Positions 9,001 through 17,811 of a stretch of DNA of 64,000 nucleotides are shown here, in pieces. Position 1 is the first letter of the stretch. The number at the start of each line of letters is the position of its first letter. A program made the translations under genes and the position numbers. The stretch is from Candidatus Komeilibacteria bacterium (GTDB lineage: Bacteria; Patescibacteriota; Patescibacteriia; UBA1558): positions 594,136 to 658,135 of the forward strand of contig JBLYPX010000001.1 of the NCBI GenBank assembly GCA_048538235.1, read 5' to 3'. The notes under the pieces were generated by a model. That model saw only the letters and a list, made by a program, of their open reading frames with translations. It did no database searches and was not told the origin of the DNA.

Positions 9001-11970
9001 TACATAAGACCATTCGTTTAATGGCAATACTGTATTAGCCGCCACAACCGCGCCACCGCCAATCATAGCTTCCATTGTTCCAGAGGCAGCAGTATCCAAA
9101 TCTCCAGCTAAATAGAAGCCGACCCCACCTGCGCCATTCCTCCTTGTAATAATACCTGATCTATAACTTGTAGTAAAAGCTGTTGGCTTAACCCATGCAG
9201 TTAACGTCATAATATCGTCAATTGCATTTAAACTAGCACTATCATTTATAGTTATAATATCTCCTGATCCATCAAATTGGAAACATCTGCCAATTTTACA
9301 GTTAATACTATCTTTATAAATAGTAGTAACAATTGTGCCATTATTTGCATTGCCTGAAATATCATACGTAGTTGCACCAGATACACTTTCAAATGGTAAA
9401 TTTAATACAACATTGTTTGTTGTACTTTCTGCGGAATTACGAACCCATAACCTTTGCTTAAAAACATTATTTACTTTATTTGTATAACCACAATTAGCCC
9501 AACACTGGTTTAGTCCAGGTGAAGCACCTGAACGCCCATAAGCATCTTGATACCAAGTAGCAGATACGCCAAATTTAGTTTGAGCAGTATTACCACTTGA
9601 CGTATACAATACTTCAGTAGCTGTATCTGAATACCAATTAACATGTGTAGATAAATTAGTTGTTGAATCTGAATCTCCAGATATTGCGCTACTATACACA
9701 ATTAAACCATCAGTACCAGCTGCTTGTGTTTGAACTCCAATTGATTTATTCAAATGTTGATTTGCCGTTCCTGTACAATATGTCATGGCGTGCTTGTTAT
9801 ACATTTTAGAAGGTCCAGTATAATTTGCATACATAAATCTCTTTGTGCCAGTAGAATCGATTAAACAATCATAATCTCCAGTTGCTATAGTATGGGTTTG
9901 GGTAAAAAAACTATCTTCATTAATAGAAAAAGTACCACTATTTAAAACTGTACTATCTGAGACTTGTACAACCTCAGCAATCATTTTAGTGTTTCCAGCA
10001 GTTATATTCATAGCATTACAAAAATTTCCTTGCTTTGATCCATCACCGTAAAGGTTTGTTGATCCCCACTTCTTAGACAATACTTTATTTCTACCAGCAG
10101 CAATTGATGGCCAATTAGTTGAATCATATGTTGCGTTGTCATAACTAAAACATAATGTCCAGCCACCGCCATCAGTTTCCATATCACAATAAGCGTCAAA
10201 AGGATCAACTCCATAACCAGGATCAATTGTATAAATACCAGATTTAGAATTTGGGTTTTGCGCTAACTGATCCATACACGAACTTGGTAATTCTGAACGA
10301 CCAACATTAAAACTGCCAGCATTCATATTATATAGTTGTAAAATTTCATCGGTTGTCAAAGCACGGTCATAAATATAAACCTCATCAATGCTGCCTTTAA
10401 AATACAAATTACTCGAACCAAGCCCAATTCTAGTGTCGACGCTAGTACTATATAAACTTGCTGGCACGCCAGAAGTTTTTTCATAGTCTAATTCACCGTT
10501 TATATATATTCTCATATATTGCGATGGTTTATAGACTGCTAAAACATGGTACCAAGTGTCTGCTGTTGGTGACCAATCCTCTCTATAAGCACCAACTAAA
10601 TTATTGCTAGCATCTGCAACATAAAAAGCAATACCCTTACTTGAAGACCAACTTCTATATGATAACAAAAATTTTCTTTGACCAGCTGTTGTACTATTAT
10701 AATTTCCTATAATAGCAGGGTCAGCATAAGCTAATGGTGATGTCTGATCTAATTTTATCCAAGTAGAGATAGAAAACTCATCTGTAATATTTAGAGATGC
10801 ATCATTGCCAACATTTACATAATTACCAACACCATCAAAACTCAAGGCGCGACCACTGGCCCCATTTTGTATCCAAGAAGCACCAGTTATAGTACCATCA
10901 TTACCATACCCCGTACTATCATAAGCGGTTGTGCCAAAACCTTCATCAAAATTCCAATAACCAACTGGACCTGGTGAATTTTCTTCTGAAACTGGGGAAC
11001 CAACACCTGGAGTGCTAGTACTAAATTTTCTAATTAATATATAATCATATGTTGCTGTCAAACCACTAGAATCTGTATCTGTAAACAATGCTATTGGACC
11101 ATCATAATTAGCATCAATTGTAGTAGATATTTGCTCTCCAAACGCACTAGCATAAACCGTTGTTCCATTGCGCCACATTTCAGAAATATACCAGGTAGAG
11201 GCAGATACAAGACCTGTAAATGAAGCTGGCTCTGTTGCCCATGAAGGATAAATAATTCCACAATTACCACCGCCTGAAGAAGAATCCAAAACATGAATGA
11301 CACCACTATTACCACCATCAAAATCAAAATAAAACCCTGAATCAAAATCTCCATTAGTATCTTCTTTCATCTTGGTTCTCACAATCAAACCATCATTTGA
11401 AAAACTTTGATTAGATATAAGAGGTTCATAATCTGAACCGGTTATAGATATTTCACTACTTCCGTAGGTGTAACCACTGCCGCTATACGTCCACTTAACT
11501 GTATCTAATGAATCAAAATCATCAAAAAACTCAAATGTTTCATCTCCATTTTGTTCATCACTGGCAGACGAATTACCATAATACATATAGATAGTAGTAC
11601 CAGTTGTTGGAATAGAAGGTATTTTAATCCAAGCATTTACTGAAGATATAGTACTATCTTCTATCCAGTATGGTAATACTCTATGGTTTATGTCTGTAAA
11701 GCGTAAATCCGCTAAATTTGCTTGTAATTTAGAAGGAGATAAAGAGCTTAAATCTACATTTTGTAGTATTTCTACTTGAAAGTCTGTAAGTTCTGAACCT
11801 GAGCCATTTGTTACTGTTATTGATTGTCTGTAGGACCATGTATCGTTCCACCAAGTAGCTTCTACTGTTTTTGGTTTATTAAATATATATATTATTCCTA
11901 TAACTATAATAATAGCTATTAATACTATACTAGATAAATAATATATTTTATTTTTTAAATACTTTTTCAT
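6049..11970 (-). CDS. DUF2341 + five LamG + two fibrinogen-C-like domain surface protein, 1973 aa
   Basis: TM helix, DUF2341 and LamG units. Two modules SC.D.L...G.Y.ID...YCDM.TDGGGWTL (fibrinogen-related/intelectin-type N-terminal motif) at about 10290-9440 and 8110-7405. Confidence 0.85.
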   Translation of the reverse strand: MKKYLKNKIYYLSSIVLIAIIIVIGIIYIFNKPKTVEATWWNDTWSYRQSITVTNGSGSELTDFQVEILQNVDLSSLSPSKLQANLADLRFTDINHRVLPYWIEDSTISSVNAWIKIPSIPTTGTTIYMYYGNSSASDEQNGDETFEFFDDFDSLDTVKWTYSGSGYTYGSSEISITGSDYEPLISNQSFSNDGLIVRTKMKEDTNGDFDSGFYFDFDGGNSGVIHVLDSSSGGGNCGIIYPSWATEPASFTGLVSASTWYISEMWRNGTTVYASAFGEQISTTIDANYDGPIALFTDTDSSGLTATYDYILIRKFSTSTPGVGSPVSEENSPGPVGYWNFDEGFGTTAYDSTGYGNDGTITGASWIQNGASGRALSFDGVGNYVNVGNDASLNITDEFSISTWIKLDQTSPLAYADPAIIGNYNSTTAGQRKFLLSYRSWSSSKGIAFYVADASNNLVGAYREDWSPTADTWYHVLAVYKPSQYMRIYINGELDYEKTSGVPASLYSTSVDTRIGLGSSNLYFKGSIDEVYIYDRALTTDEILQLYNMNAGSFNVGRSELPSSCMDQLAQNPNSKSGIYTIDPGYGVDPFDAYCDMETDGGGWTLCFSYDNATYDSTNWPSIAAGRNKVLSKKWGSTNLYGDGSKQGNFCNAMNITAGNTKMIAEVVQVSDSTVLNSGTFSINEDSFFTQTHTIATGDYDCLIDSTGTKRFMYANYTGPSKMYNKHAMTYCTGTANQHLNKSIGVQTQAAGTDGLIVYSSAISGDSDSTTNLSTHVNWYSDTATEVLYTSSGNTAQTKFGVSATWYQDAYGRSGASPGLNQCWANCGYTNKVNNVFKQRLWVRNSAESTTNNVVLNLPFESVSGATTYDISGNANNGTIVTTIYKDSINCKIGRCFQFDGSGDIITINDSASLNAIDDIMTLTAWVKPTAFTTSYRSGIITRRNGAGGVGFYLAGDLDTAASGTMEAMIGGGAVVAANTVLPLNEWSYVSMVTNGDSISFYLNGIYDGGGTLTNWTWDDGITVQVGGVTGTAQYTIYGYIDEPKIFDRALTQREISMEMSNGKTNPFINWSFDEGGGTTTYDKSYPAYNGTLSTPTWKPMAECVNSFCLDFNGTSDAVYYDFGAISGAPEMSMTYWVKREADQSGSHKIVAVSEAFNTQTLNDYPLVYYSDGATWYDFSDTTVLEKDRWYHLGWVFDNGTWYLYKDGILAKSEAASSSVLTSYSNFSGKFTVGGRYSSSPAWTEFFNGKIDEVKAYYYALTADEVHQDFIQSKGQFGRTNSAGEKTTPGASCADILAKNSQAGDGVYWIDTTGGSIDDAFEVYCDMTTDGGGWTLVSHIYDKDNRNDILDNSNGVGWGTVSGPDYDGSFNIQNNLITSWTESKWEWKYPLYGDGYEYDTGSSAGGLSALISDRFKWASDTYFHKYNDLGITDEDLYVTGTVGYKYDPWPSSTNNKLAYYTGTSCGGGITNGLALHYWGYGNLIVFGTGTTNELHNLQPGYNRAPTGQGCGTRESILNIWVRDTGSSISTAPVLDMDFDQYSGGVYLDRSGNGYNGTPSGSPEWKGAEACHEGRCLNFDGSNDYVNLPSSLDPYSNGTSGGDVSFSGWVYLDSSVSGALPFIIGQDVTWEIGVFKNNGGNPDGFRGYTGNGTVWNPIIDFGTTATYDDWQHIAWVLDGGTSYFYKNGRLVNQQSYASPSGTSAGFLRIGLRDDGAWDEWKGKLDSIKMYNRPITQAEVMMDYNGGKPIGWWRFDEGADNLCSDGKDVCDSSGEGYNGTESGDITWVTDTSLCKQSGCASFDGNDWINIGDQSLYDFDTDKDFSLAAWFKSTGGDDRDTIINKGTHWWWDGTSKRGWGMGLDSSDRIEATIDDGTTMVYVYSINDYDDNQWHHASATFDRDGYMKLYIDGAYQGQADISSLGTVSNGDSLVISSYLLGDQRFWHGLLDDIRVYNYVLSDKQIKEVYNQGLIHFK

Positions 11971-12058
11971 TATTATTTAAAGTGTATTAATCCTTGATTA
12001 TATACTTCTTTTACTTGCTTATCTGTAAGGGCGTAGTTGTAGATACGGATGTCGTCCA
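11576..12058. repeat. 483-bp junction-spanning direct repeat, copy A
   Basis: Matches 17329-17811 (offset 5753) with 3 mismatches seen by eye, all synonymous. Covers the last 28 sense codons and stop of one gene, the 2-nt spacer and the first ~131 codons of the next. Confidence 0.92.
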
Positions 12059-15000
12059 GTTTGCCGTTTAAATACCTATTACCTCCTCCATCATCTCCTA
12101 TAGTTAATGCACTAGTCGATGAAACACTACCAGATGTTGAACTAGTGCCTTCAAGCACTCCATCTATATATATCTTTATTGTATTACCTTCCCTAACACC
12201 AGTAACGTGGTGCCAAGCACTATTTATTGTTGAAGTAGATGCAACATTATAACCATCATCATTAACAACAAAATACGCTTTATTTGTTGCTTGGGTATAC
12301 AGACCATAAAACGAAGTTGGGGGGCCAGTTAAAACTGCTTTACTTAAAAATGCATTCCACCCACTACCATTGTTTATATATCCGTCATAGTAAACCCAAG
12401 TTGCTACAGAAAAATCCTCGCTACCAAAATCTAAAATACCAGAAGACGGATCTGTAATTGTTAATTTATCTCCCGTACCATCAAAATCCATACACCAGCC
12501 CTGCTTACACGAAGAGGTATCTGTAATCCAAGTAGGATCACCGCTAATTGTTCCATTATTTCCCTCTTCTGTATTATCGCAAGCATCTTTACCATCTGAA
12601 CATAAATTATCTACTCCCTCATCTAATCTCCACCAACCAACCGGTTTACCACCATTATATAATTGGGCAACCTCCGCCCTTGTTAAAGCTCTATTATATA
12701 CTTTCATTTCATCTACCACGCCCCTAAAACCATAATCGTTATCACTAATAAAAAAGTTAGTCCAGGCAGCTTGTCCTACAGAAGACGAGGTTGTGCCAGC
12801 ACTAATAACAGTATTATCTATACGTAAAACTGTATTAGTAATATCTGATTGCGCGCTACCAGGAATATATAACTCAAGAAAATGCCAACTACCGTCCATA
12901 TAAGCAGAGCTGTTAGCCCAATACCTATAATTTTCACCGGCCAAATATAACAATGGCCACTCTTGCTGATAGTCAAAATAAAATCCACCTTGAGCATCAC
13001 CATTTCTAAAATTAAACAAAGCTTGCTTATCTGAATAACTAGAATTAAACCAGGCAACTACTGTAGTGGTTCCATTATCTATAGAGCCTCCCCAATTTAT
13101 ATAATCATTACTATCAAACTCTACACAACGTCCAGATTTGCAGTTTACAGTAGATTTCCATTGTGGATCACCGTTAGGCGTTCCGGTTATATTATTACCA
13201 CTTCTTTCCAAATATACTCCTCCTACATATTGATCTAAATCTAAATCAAGGAGAGGAGCTGTGTTGTTTGGAGTAACAGAAGAATTCCTTCCAAATAAAT
13301 ATCCAAAATTATTATCTGTACTAGTGCCAGTATCTGCATTCCCATTCCATGACAACTTAGATCCAGACTTATAAATTCTTCGAGGAATATTTCCAGTAGT
13401 AGCAGAGTAAGCTCCACAAGCAGATGCTTCTCCTAACCACAGCTCAAATCCATTAGTAGCATCTCCATATCTCCACGATGAGCACCAAGTGTTTACATAC
13501 ACATTCGTTGCACCAGTTTTCGCGTTTGGCGGCCAAGATTGTCCAGATAAAGTTATTTGTATTTGAGCACCCGGATCTTTATCCATAATATTAGCTGTAT
13601 TTAATTTACCAGTCCAGAATTCATTAAAAGTATAATCACTAGCCATAACTTTTTGCATATACATATAGTTACTACCTGTTCCACTAGTAATTAGATTTGT
13701 TGTATTAGCACCATTAGTTGATATATCTCCATACGTAGTATAAGGGAGCCAAGTAGAATTAACATATGCAAACTCCAAACCAAGCAATGTCCAGCCACCA
13801 CCATCATGTTCCATATCACAATAAACCTCCAAACTATCAGATAATGATCCTCCACTTGGATCAACCCAATATCTGCCGCTGGCAGCTTTTGGATTTTTAT
13901 GAAGAATATCCATACAACTAGCACCAGGTGTTGTTTTATCACCCACTGAATTAGTTCTCCCAAACTGTCCAGCAGATTGTATATATTCTTGCTTAATTTC
14001 ATCAGCTGTTAAAGCATATGGATAAACTTTTAACTCATCAATACTACCATCCCAAAACCTATCTGTACTTAAACCCTGAACATTACCAATTAAAAAACCA
14101 CTCGCTAAATTATCATAACCCAAAGCTCCTGATGTATTTGTTCCAGTGTTTTTTAACTCTCCATTAACATAAATCTTCTGAGTAGAGCCGTCATATGTTC
14201 CAAAAACATGCTGCCATTCTCCAATAGCTGGCATGACTTCACTAGATAATTGTTGATATCCACCCGCACTATTACCTACACTAAAAGCCCAGTCTGAACC
14301 AGTAATCCCTAGCCAATAGCCATCATCACTTGTATTTCCATAACCAGCAATAAATTGGGTTGATTTTATTGTGTTTATCTTAGCCCATGCACCAATCGAA
14401 ACATAATTAGGACGAAGGGTGGATACTGCACCGACAACAGCGTAATCCCCATTTGGAGCTGCCGCTCCATCAAAAGTCATACAACTACCGCTCATACAGT
14501 TTTCAGGCGTATTCCATGTTGGACAATTAGCTGCGCCAGGACAAGAACCATACAAATTTGCGTCATTACTAAACCCAGATTTATCATAAGCGATATCTCC
14601 ACCACCTTCATCAAAGCCAATATCTAAAACTGGCTGATGTTTGCCACCATTCATTTCCATCATTATTTCACGTTGAGTAAGTGCACGCTCAAAAACTTTA
14701 ACCTCATCTATGTTGCCGTGCCACCAATAACTTCCTCCCGTAGGATTATACGCACCTATTGCTAAGTTTTGATTAAAAGTATATGACGAATATGTCTTAC
14801 TAAATCTGTAAATACCATCAATATATAAATTTGCATAAGAGCCATCAAAAACAATGGCCATGTGATGCCAATTTGTATCAGCGGCTACTTGGACAGATGG
14901 ACTCGTCCAGGCACCTGTATATATACCCATATCCCAATAACCATCAACGTGTCCAAAATAAGCTCTTTTGTTATCAGTTGAAGTGCCTTGAGCCATATAC

Positions 15001-17723
15001 ATTCTACTTTCAGATGGAAAATTTGACTTCACCCAAGCCATATACGTACTCAAAGTTGTTGTAGGGTTCAAACCGTTGCCATAAGTCACACTCATATAAT
15101 CATTACCATCGAAAGCATAGCACCTACCAACTTTACAATTTGCAGATGATTTTGGCGTAGCACCAGTTACTGCAGCATTTTTTGTATTTCCCGAAACATC
15201 ATAAGTAGTTGAACCAGATACATTTTCAAAAGGAAGATCTAAAGCAATGCCAGATTTTGTTGATAAATTACCTTCTCGAGTCCACATTTGTATCCAAAAC
15301 TTTCTGTCACCAGCACCTGTAGACTCCCAACCCCATGCACCCTCACCATTAGTCGATAGTGGCTGGCAGGCAGGACTAAACCACTGAGTATCATCCTCTT
15401 CAATGGCTCCACCAGAATCTAAAATAGGAATGCCAAAATGTTCTGTATTATCGTTAGAAAATGTATACATCATATAGTCACCGCAACCAGAAGTAGATGG
15501 GTTAGAATTATAAGGTAAAAAAGATATATAATTATCATCATCACCGCCACAACCATTGTTCCACTCCCAAATATCGCAAGGACCCTTACCACGACCTGGC
15601 ACAGCCGTGCCAGTTGTTGGATTAATTCCAGTCGTAAGTGGTCCATAACTAGGGTTTTGAATATATAAATCACGCCAATTCGTATAACCTGAAAAAATTC
15701 CATTAAAATAGCTTGCATAAGCATCTGAAACATCAAACAAAGCATAACTATTCCTCTGTACCACAAGCATAAGATCGTCCGCTGGAACATCAATATATGC
15801 TTGTGAAAAATAGTCCTCTCCAATAGTTGCCTGACTAATATCCTTAAATTGAGCAGGTGGGTTATTAAAAGTTGTACGCAAAGCAATATTGGTAGCGTCT
15901 GTATTTGTAGCGACATGTACAAGTGTCCAACCACCACCATCTGTTTCCATATCACAATAAACATCAAATGGATCAACGCCTGGGCCAGGGTCAATTGTAT
16001 ATACTCCAGAAGATGAAGCTGGATTCTGAGATAGCTGATCAAGACAAGATGTTGGCAATGTTGAACGACCAGTAGAAAAACTACCCGCATTCATATTGTA
16101 GAGCTGCAATATCTCATTCGTACTGAGAGCTCTATCATAAACATACACCTCATCAATAAGACTGTTTGCATAATGACTTGCGCCAGTATATGCACCAATA
16201 TATGCATTGTATGTACTAGTATCAACACTTGCGAATCCATATGCCTTTGGCGAACCATATGCTCTTCCATCAACATACATAACACCCGTACCATTATCGA
16301 AAGTAAAAGCTAAATGATACCACTGATTAGCATTTGGAGACCAATTTTCATATAAGGAAGCCCTAGTTGAACCGTTACCAAGTTCTACCATCAAATTTGA
16401 TGGTTCAGAACCCGTTCTATTATCAAAGGCCAACCAATATAATAAATTTGCAGATTCACTGCCTTTCTCAATAACGGTATTAATGCGACTATCCAAAGTG
16501 TGGTATTTTACCCAAGCAGATAATGTAAATTCTGAAGTTAAAGCCAGACTAGTATCATTTCCTAAATTAACATTAGAATTGCCGGGAAAATCTAACGCTC
16601 TGCCCTTAACACCATTTTGAACCCAAGCAGCACTTCCTCCTAAAGTTCCATCATTACCATAACCAGTACTATCATATGCAGTTGTTCCAAAACCTTCATT
16701 AAAATTCCAATAACCAACTGGGCCTGGTGAATTTTCTTCAGTGCTGGGTGCTCCTATCACAGGTGCAGTAGAAGCGAATTTTCTAATCAATATATAATCA
16801 TAAGATGCTGTATAGCTCGGATTGTCAGTATCTGTAAAAAGAGCAATCGGCCCAGTATAATTAGCATCGATTGTAGAAGATATTTGCTCGCCAAAAGCAC
16901 TGGCATATACCGTAGTTCCATTTCGCCACATTTCTGTTATTTCCCATGTATCAATACCTATTAATCCTGTATACGATGCTGGTTCAGTAGCCCAACTTGG
17001 ATAAATAATTCCACAATTTCCACCCCCCGCAGAAGAGTCAAGAACATGAATAATTCCTGTATTACTTGCATCATAATCTAAATAATAACCTGAATCAAAA
17101 TCCCCACTTGAATTCTGTTTAATCTTTGCTCTAACTATTAAACCATCATTAGAAAATGTCTGAGCAGATATAAGTGGCTCATAATCAGAACCTGTTATTG
17201 TGATGAGTCCACTGGCAAATGAATAACCAGAGCCGCTATATATCCACTTGCCCGTATCTACACCATCAAAATCATCAAAGAACTCAAAAGTGTGATCACC
17301 GCTTTGATCGTCTGTTGCATTCGCATTCCCATAATACATATAGATAGTAGTACCAGTTGTTGGAATAGAAGGTATTTTAATCCAAGCATTTACTGAAGAT
17401 ATAGTACTATCTTCTATCCAGTATGGTAAAACTCTATGATTTATGTCTGTAAAGCGTAAATCTGCTAAATTTGCTTGTAATTTAGAAGGAGATAAAGAGC
17501 TTAAATCTACATTTTGTAGTATTTCTACTTGAAAGTCTGTAAGTTCTGAACCTGAGCCATTTGTTACTGTTATTGATTGTCTGTAGGACCATGTATCGTT
17601 CCACCAAGTAGCTTCTACTGTTTTTGGTTTATTAAATATATATATTATTCCTATAACTATAATAATAGCTATTAATACTATACTAGATAAATAATATATT
17701 TTATTTTTTAAATACTTTTTCAT
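11973..17723 (-). CDS. DUF2341 + five LamG + two fibrinogen-C-like domain surface protein, 1916 aa (paralogue of 6049-11970)
   Basis: First ~131 aa identical to the neighbouring gene, same domain order, same C-terminus KEVYNQGLIHFK. Confidence 0.85.
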   Translation of the reverse strand: MKKYLKNKIYYLSSIVLIAIIIVIGIIYIFNKPKTVEATWWNDTWSYRQSITVTNGSGSELTDFQVEILQNVDLSSLSPSKLQANLADLRFTDINHRVLPYWIEDSTISSVNAWIKIPSIPTTGTTIYMYYGNANATDDQSGDHTFEFFDDFDGVDTGKWIYSGSGYSFASGLITITGSDYEPLISAQTFSNDGLIVRAKIKQNSSGDFDSGYYLDYDASNTGIIHVLDSSAGGGNCGIIYPSWATEPASYTGLIGIDTWEITEMWRNGTTVYASAFGEQISSTIDANYTGPIALFTDTDNPSYTASYDYILIRKFASTAPVIGAPSTEENSPGPVGYWNFNEGFGTTAYDSTGYGNDGTLGGSAAWVQNGVKGRALDFPGNSNVNLGNDTSLALTSEFTLSAWVKYHTLDSRINTVIEKGSESANLLYWLAFDNRTGSEPSNLMVELGNGSTRASLYENWSPNANQWYHLAFTFDNGTGVMYVDGRAYGSPKAYGFASVDTSTYNAYIGAYTGASHYANSLIDEVYVYDRALSTNEILQLYNMNAGSFSTGRSTLPTSCLDQLSQNPASSSGVYTIDPGPGVDPFDVYCDMETDGGGWTLVHVATNTDATNIALRTTFNNPPAQFKDISQATIGEDYFSQAYIDVPADDLMLVVQRNSYALFDVSDAYASYFNGIFSGYTNWRDLYIQNPSYGPLTTGINPTTGTAVPGRGKGPCDIWEWNNGCGGDDDNYISFLPYNSNPSTSGCGDYMMYTFSNDNTEHFGIPILDSGGAIEEDDTQWFSPACQPLSTNGEGAWGWESTGAGDRKFWIQMWTREGNLSTKSGIALDLPFENVSGSTTYDVSGNTKNAAVTGATPKSSANCKVGRCYAFDGNDYMSVTYGNGLNPTTTLSTYMAWVKSNFPSESRMYMAQGTSTDNKRAYFGHVDGYWDMGIYTGAWTSPSVQVAADTNWHHMAIVFDGSYANLYIDGIYRFSKTYSSYTFNQNLAIGAYNPTGGSYWWHGNIDEVKVFERALTQREIMMEMNGGKHQPVLDIGFDEGGGDIAYDKSGFSNDANLYGSCPGAANCPTWNTPENCMSGSCMTFDGAAAPNGDYAVVGAVSTLRPNYVSIGAWAKINTIKSTQFIAGYGNTSDDGYWLGITGSDWAFSVGNSAGGYQQLSSEVMPAIGEWQHVFGTYDGSTQKIYVNGELKNTGTNTSGALGYDNLASGFLIGNVQGLSTDRFWDGSIDELKVYPYALTADEIKQEYIQSAGQFGRTNSVGDKTTPGASCMDILHKNPKAASGRYWVDPSGGSLSDSLEVYCDMEHDGGGWTLLGLEFAYVNSTWLPYTTYGDISTNGANTTNLITSGTGSNYMYMQKVMASDYTFNEFWTGKLNTANIMDKDPGAQIQITLSGQSWPPNAKTGATNVYVNTWCSSWRYGDATNGFELWLGEASACGAYSATTGNIPRRIYKSGSKLSWNGNADTGTSTDNNFGYLFGRNSSVTPNNTAPLLDLDLDQYVGGVYLERSGNNITGTPNGDPQWKSTVNCKSGRCVEFDSNDYINWGGSIDNGTTTVVAWFNSSYSDKQALFNFRNGDAQGGFYFDYQQEWPLLYLAGENYRYWANSSAYMDGSWHFLELYIPGSAQSDITNTVLRIDNTVISAGTTSSSVGQAAWTNFFISDNDYGFRGVVDEMKVYNRALTRAEVAQLYNGGKPVGWWRLDEGVDNLCSDGKDACDNTEEGNNGTISGDPTWITDTSSCKQGWCMDFDGTGDKLTITDPSSGILDFGSEDFSVATWVYYDGYINNGSGWNAFLSKAVLTGPPTSFYGLYTQATNKAYFVVNDDGYNVASTSTINSAWHHVTGVREGNTIKIYIDGVLEGTSSTSGSVSSTSALTIGDDGGGNRYLNGKLDDIRIYNYALTDKQVKEVYNQGLIHFK

Positions 17724-17811
17724 TATTATTTAAAGTGTATTAATCCTTGATTATATACTTCTTTTACTTGCTTATCTGTAAGGGCGTAGTTGTAGATACG
17801 GATGTCGTCCA
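17329..17811. repeat. 483-bp junction-spanning direct repeat, copy B
   Basis: See copy A at 11576-12058. Confidence 0.92.

Noticed and set aside
12029-12058. C-ending codon patch (GAC GAC ATC CGT ATC TAC AAC TAC GCC) repeated at 17782-17811 near C-termini, considered as a DGR template/variable repeat
   Set aside because: Both copies are identical and coding, differences from the 6049 gene are not confined to adenines, and no reverse transcriptase is in the window. I also found no convincing fold, so it was not counted among the structured patches.
14410-16135. Isolated hairpins (tggagc-tgcc-gctcca ~14454, ctggcac-agcc-gtgccag ~15596, attgta-gagc-tgcaat ~16095)
   Set aside because: Single short stems that could be chance; not reported as separate elements, but they weaken the claim of regular spacing.
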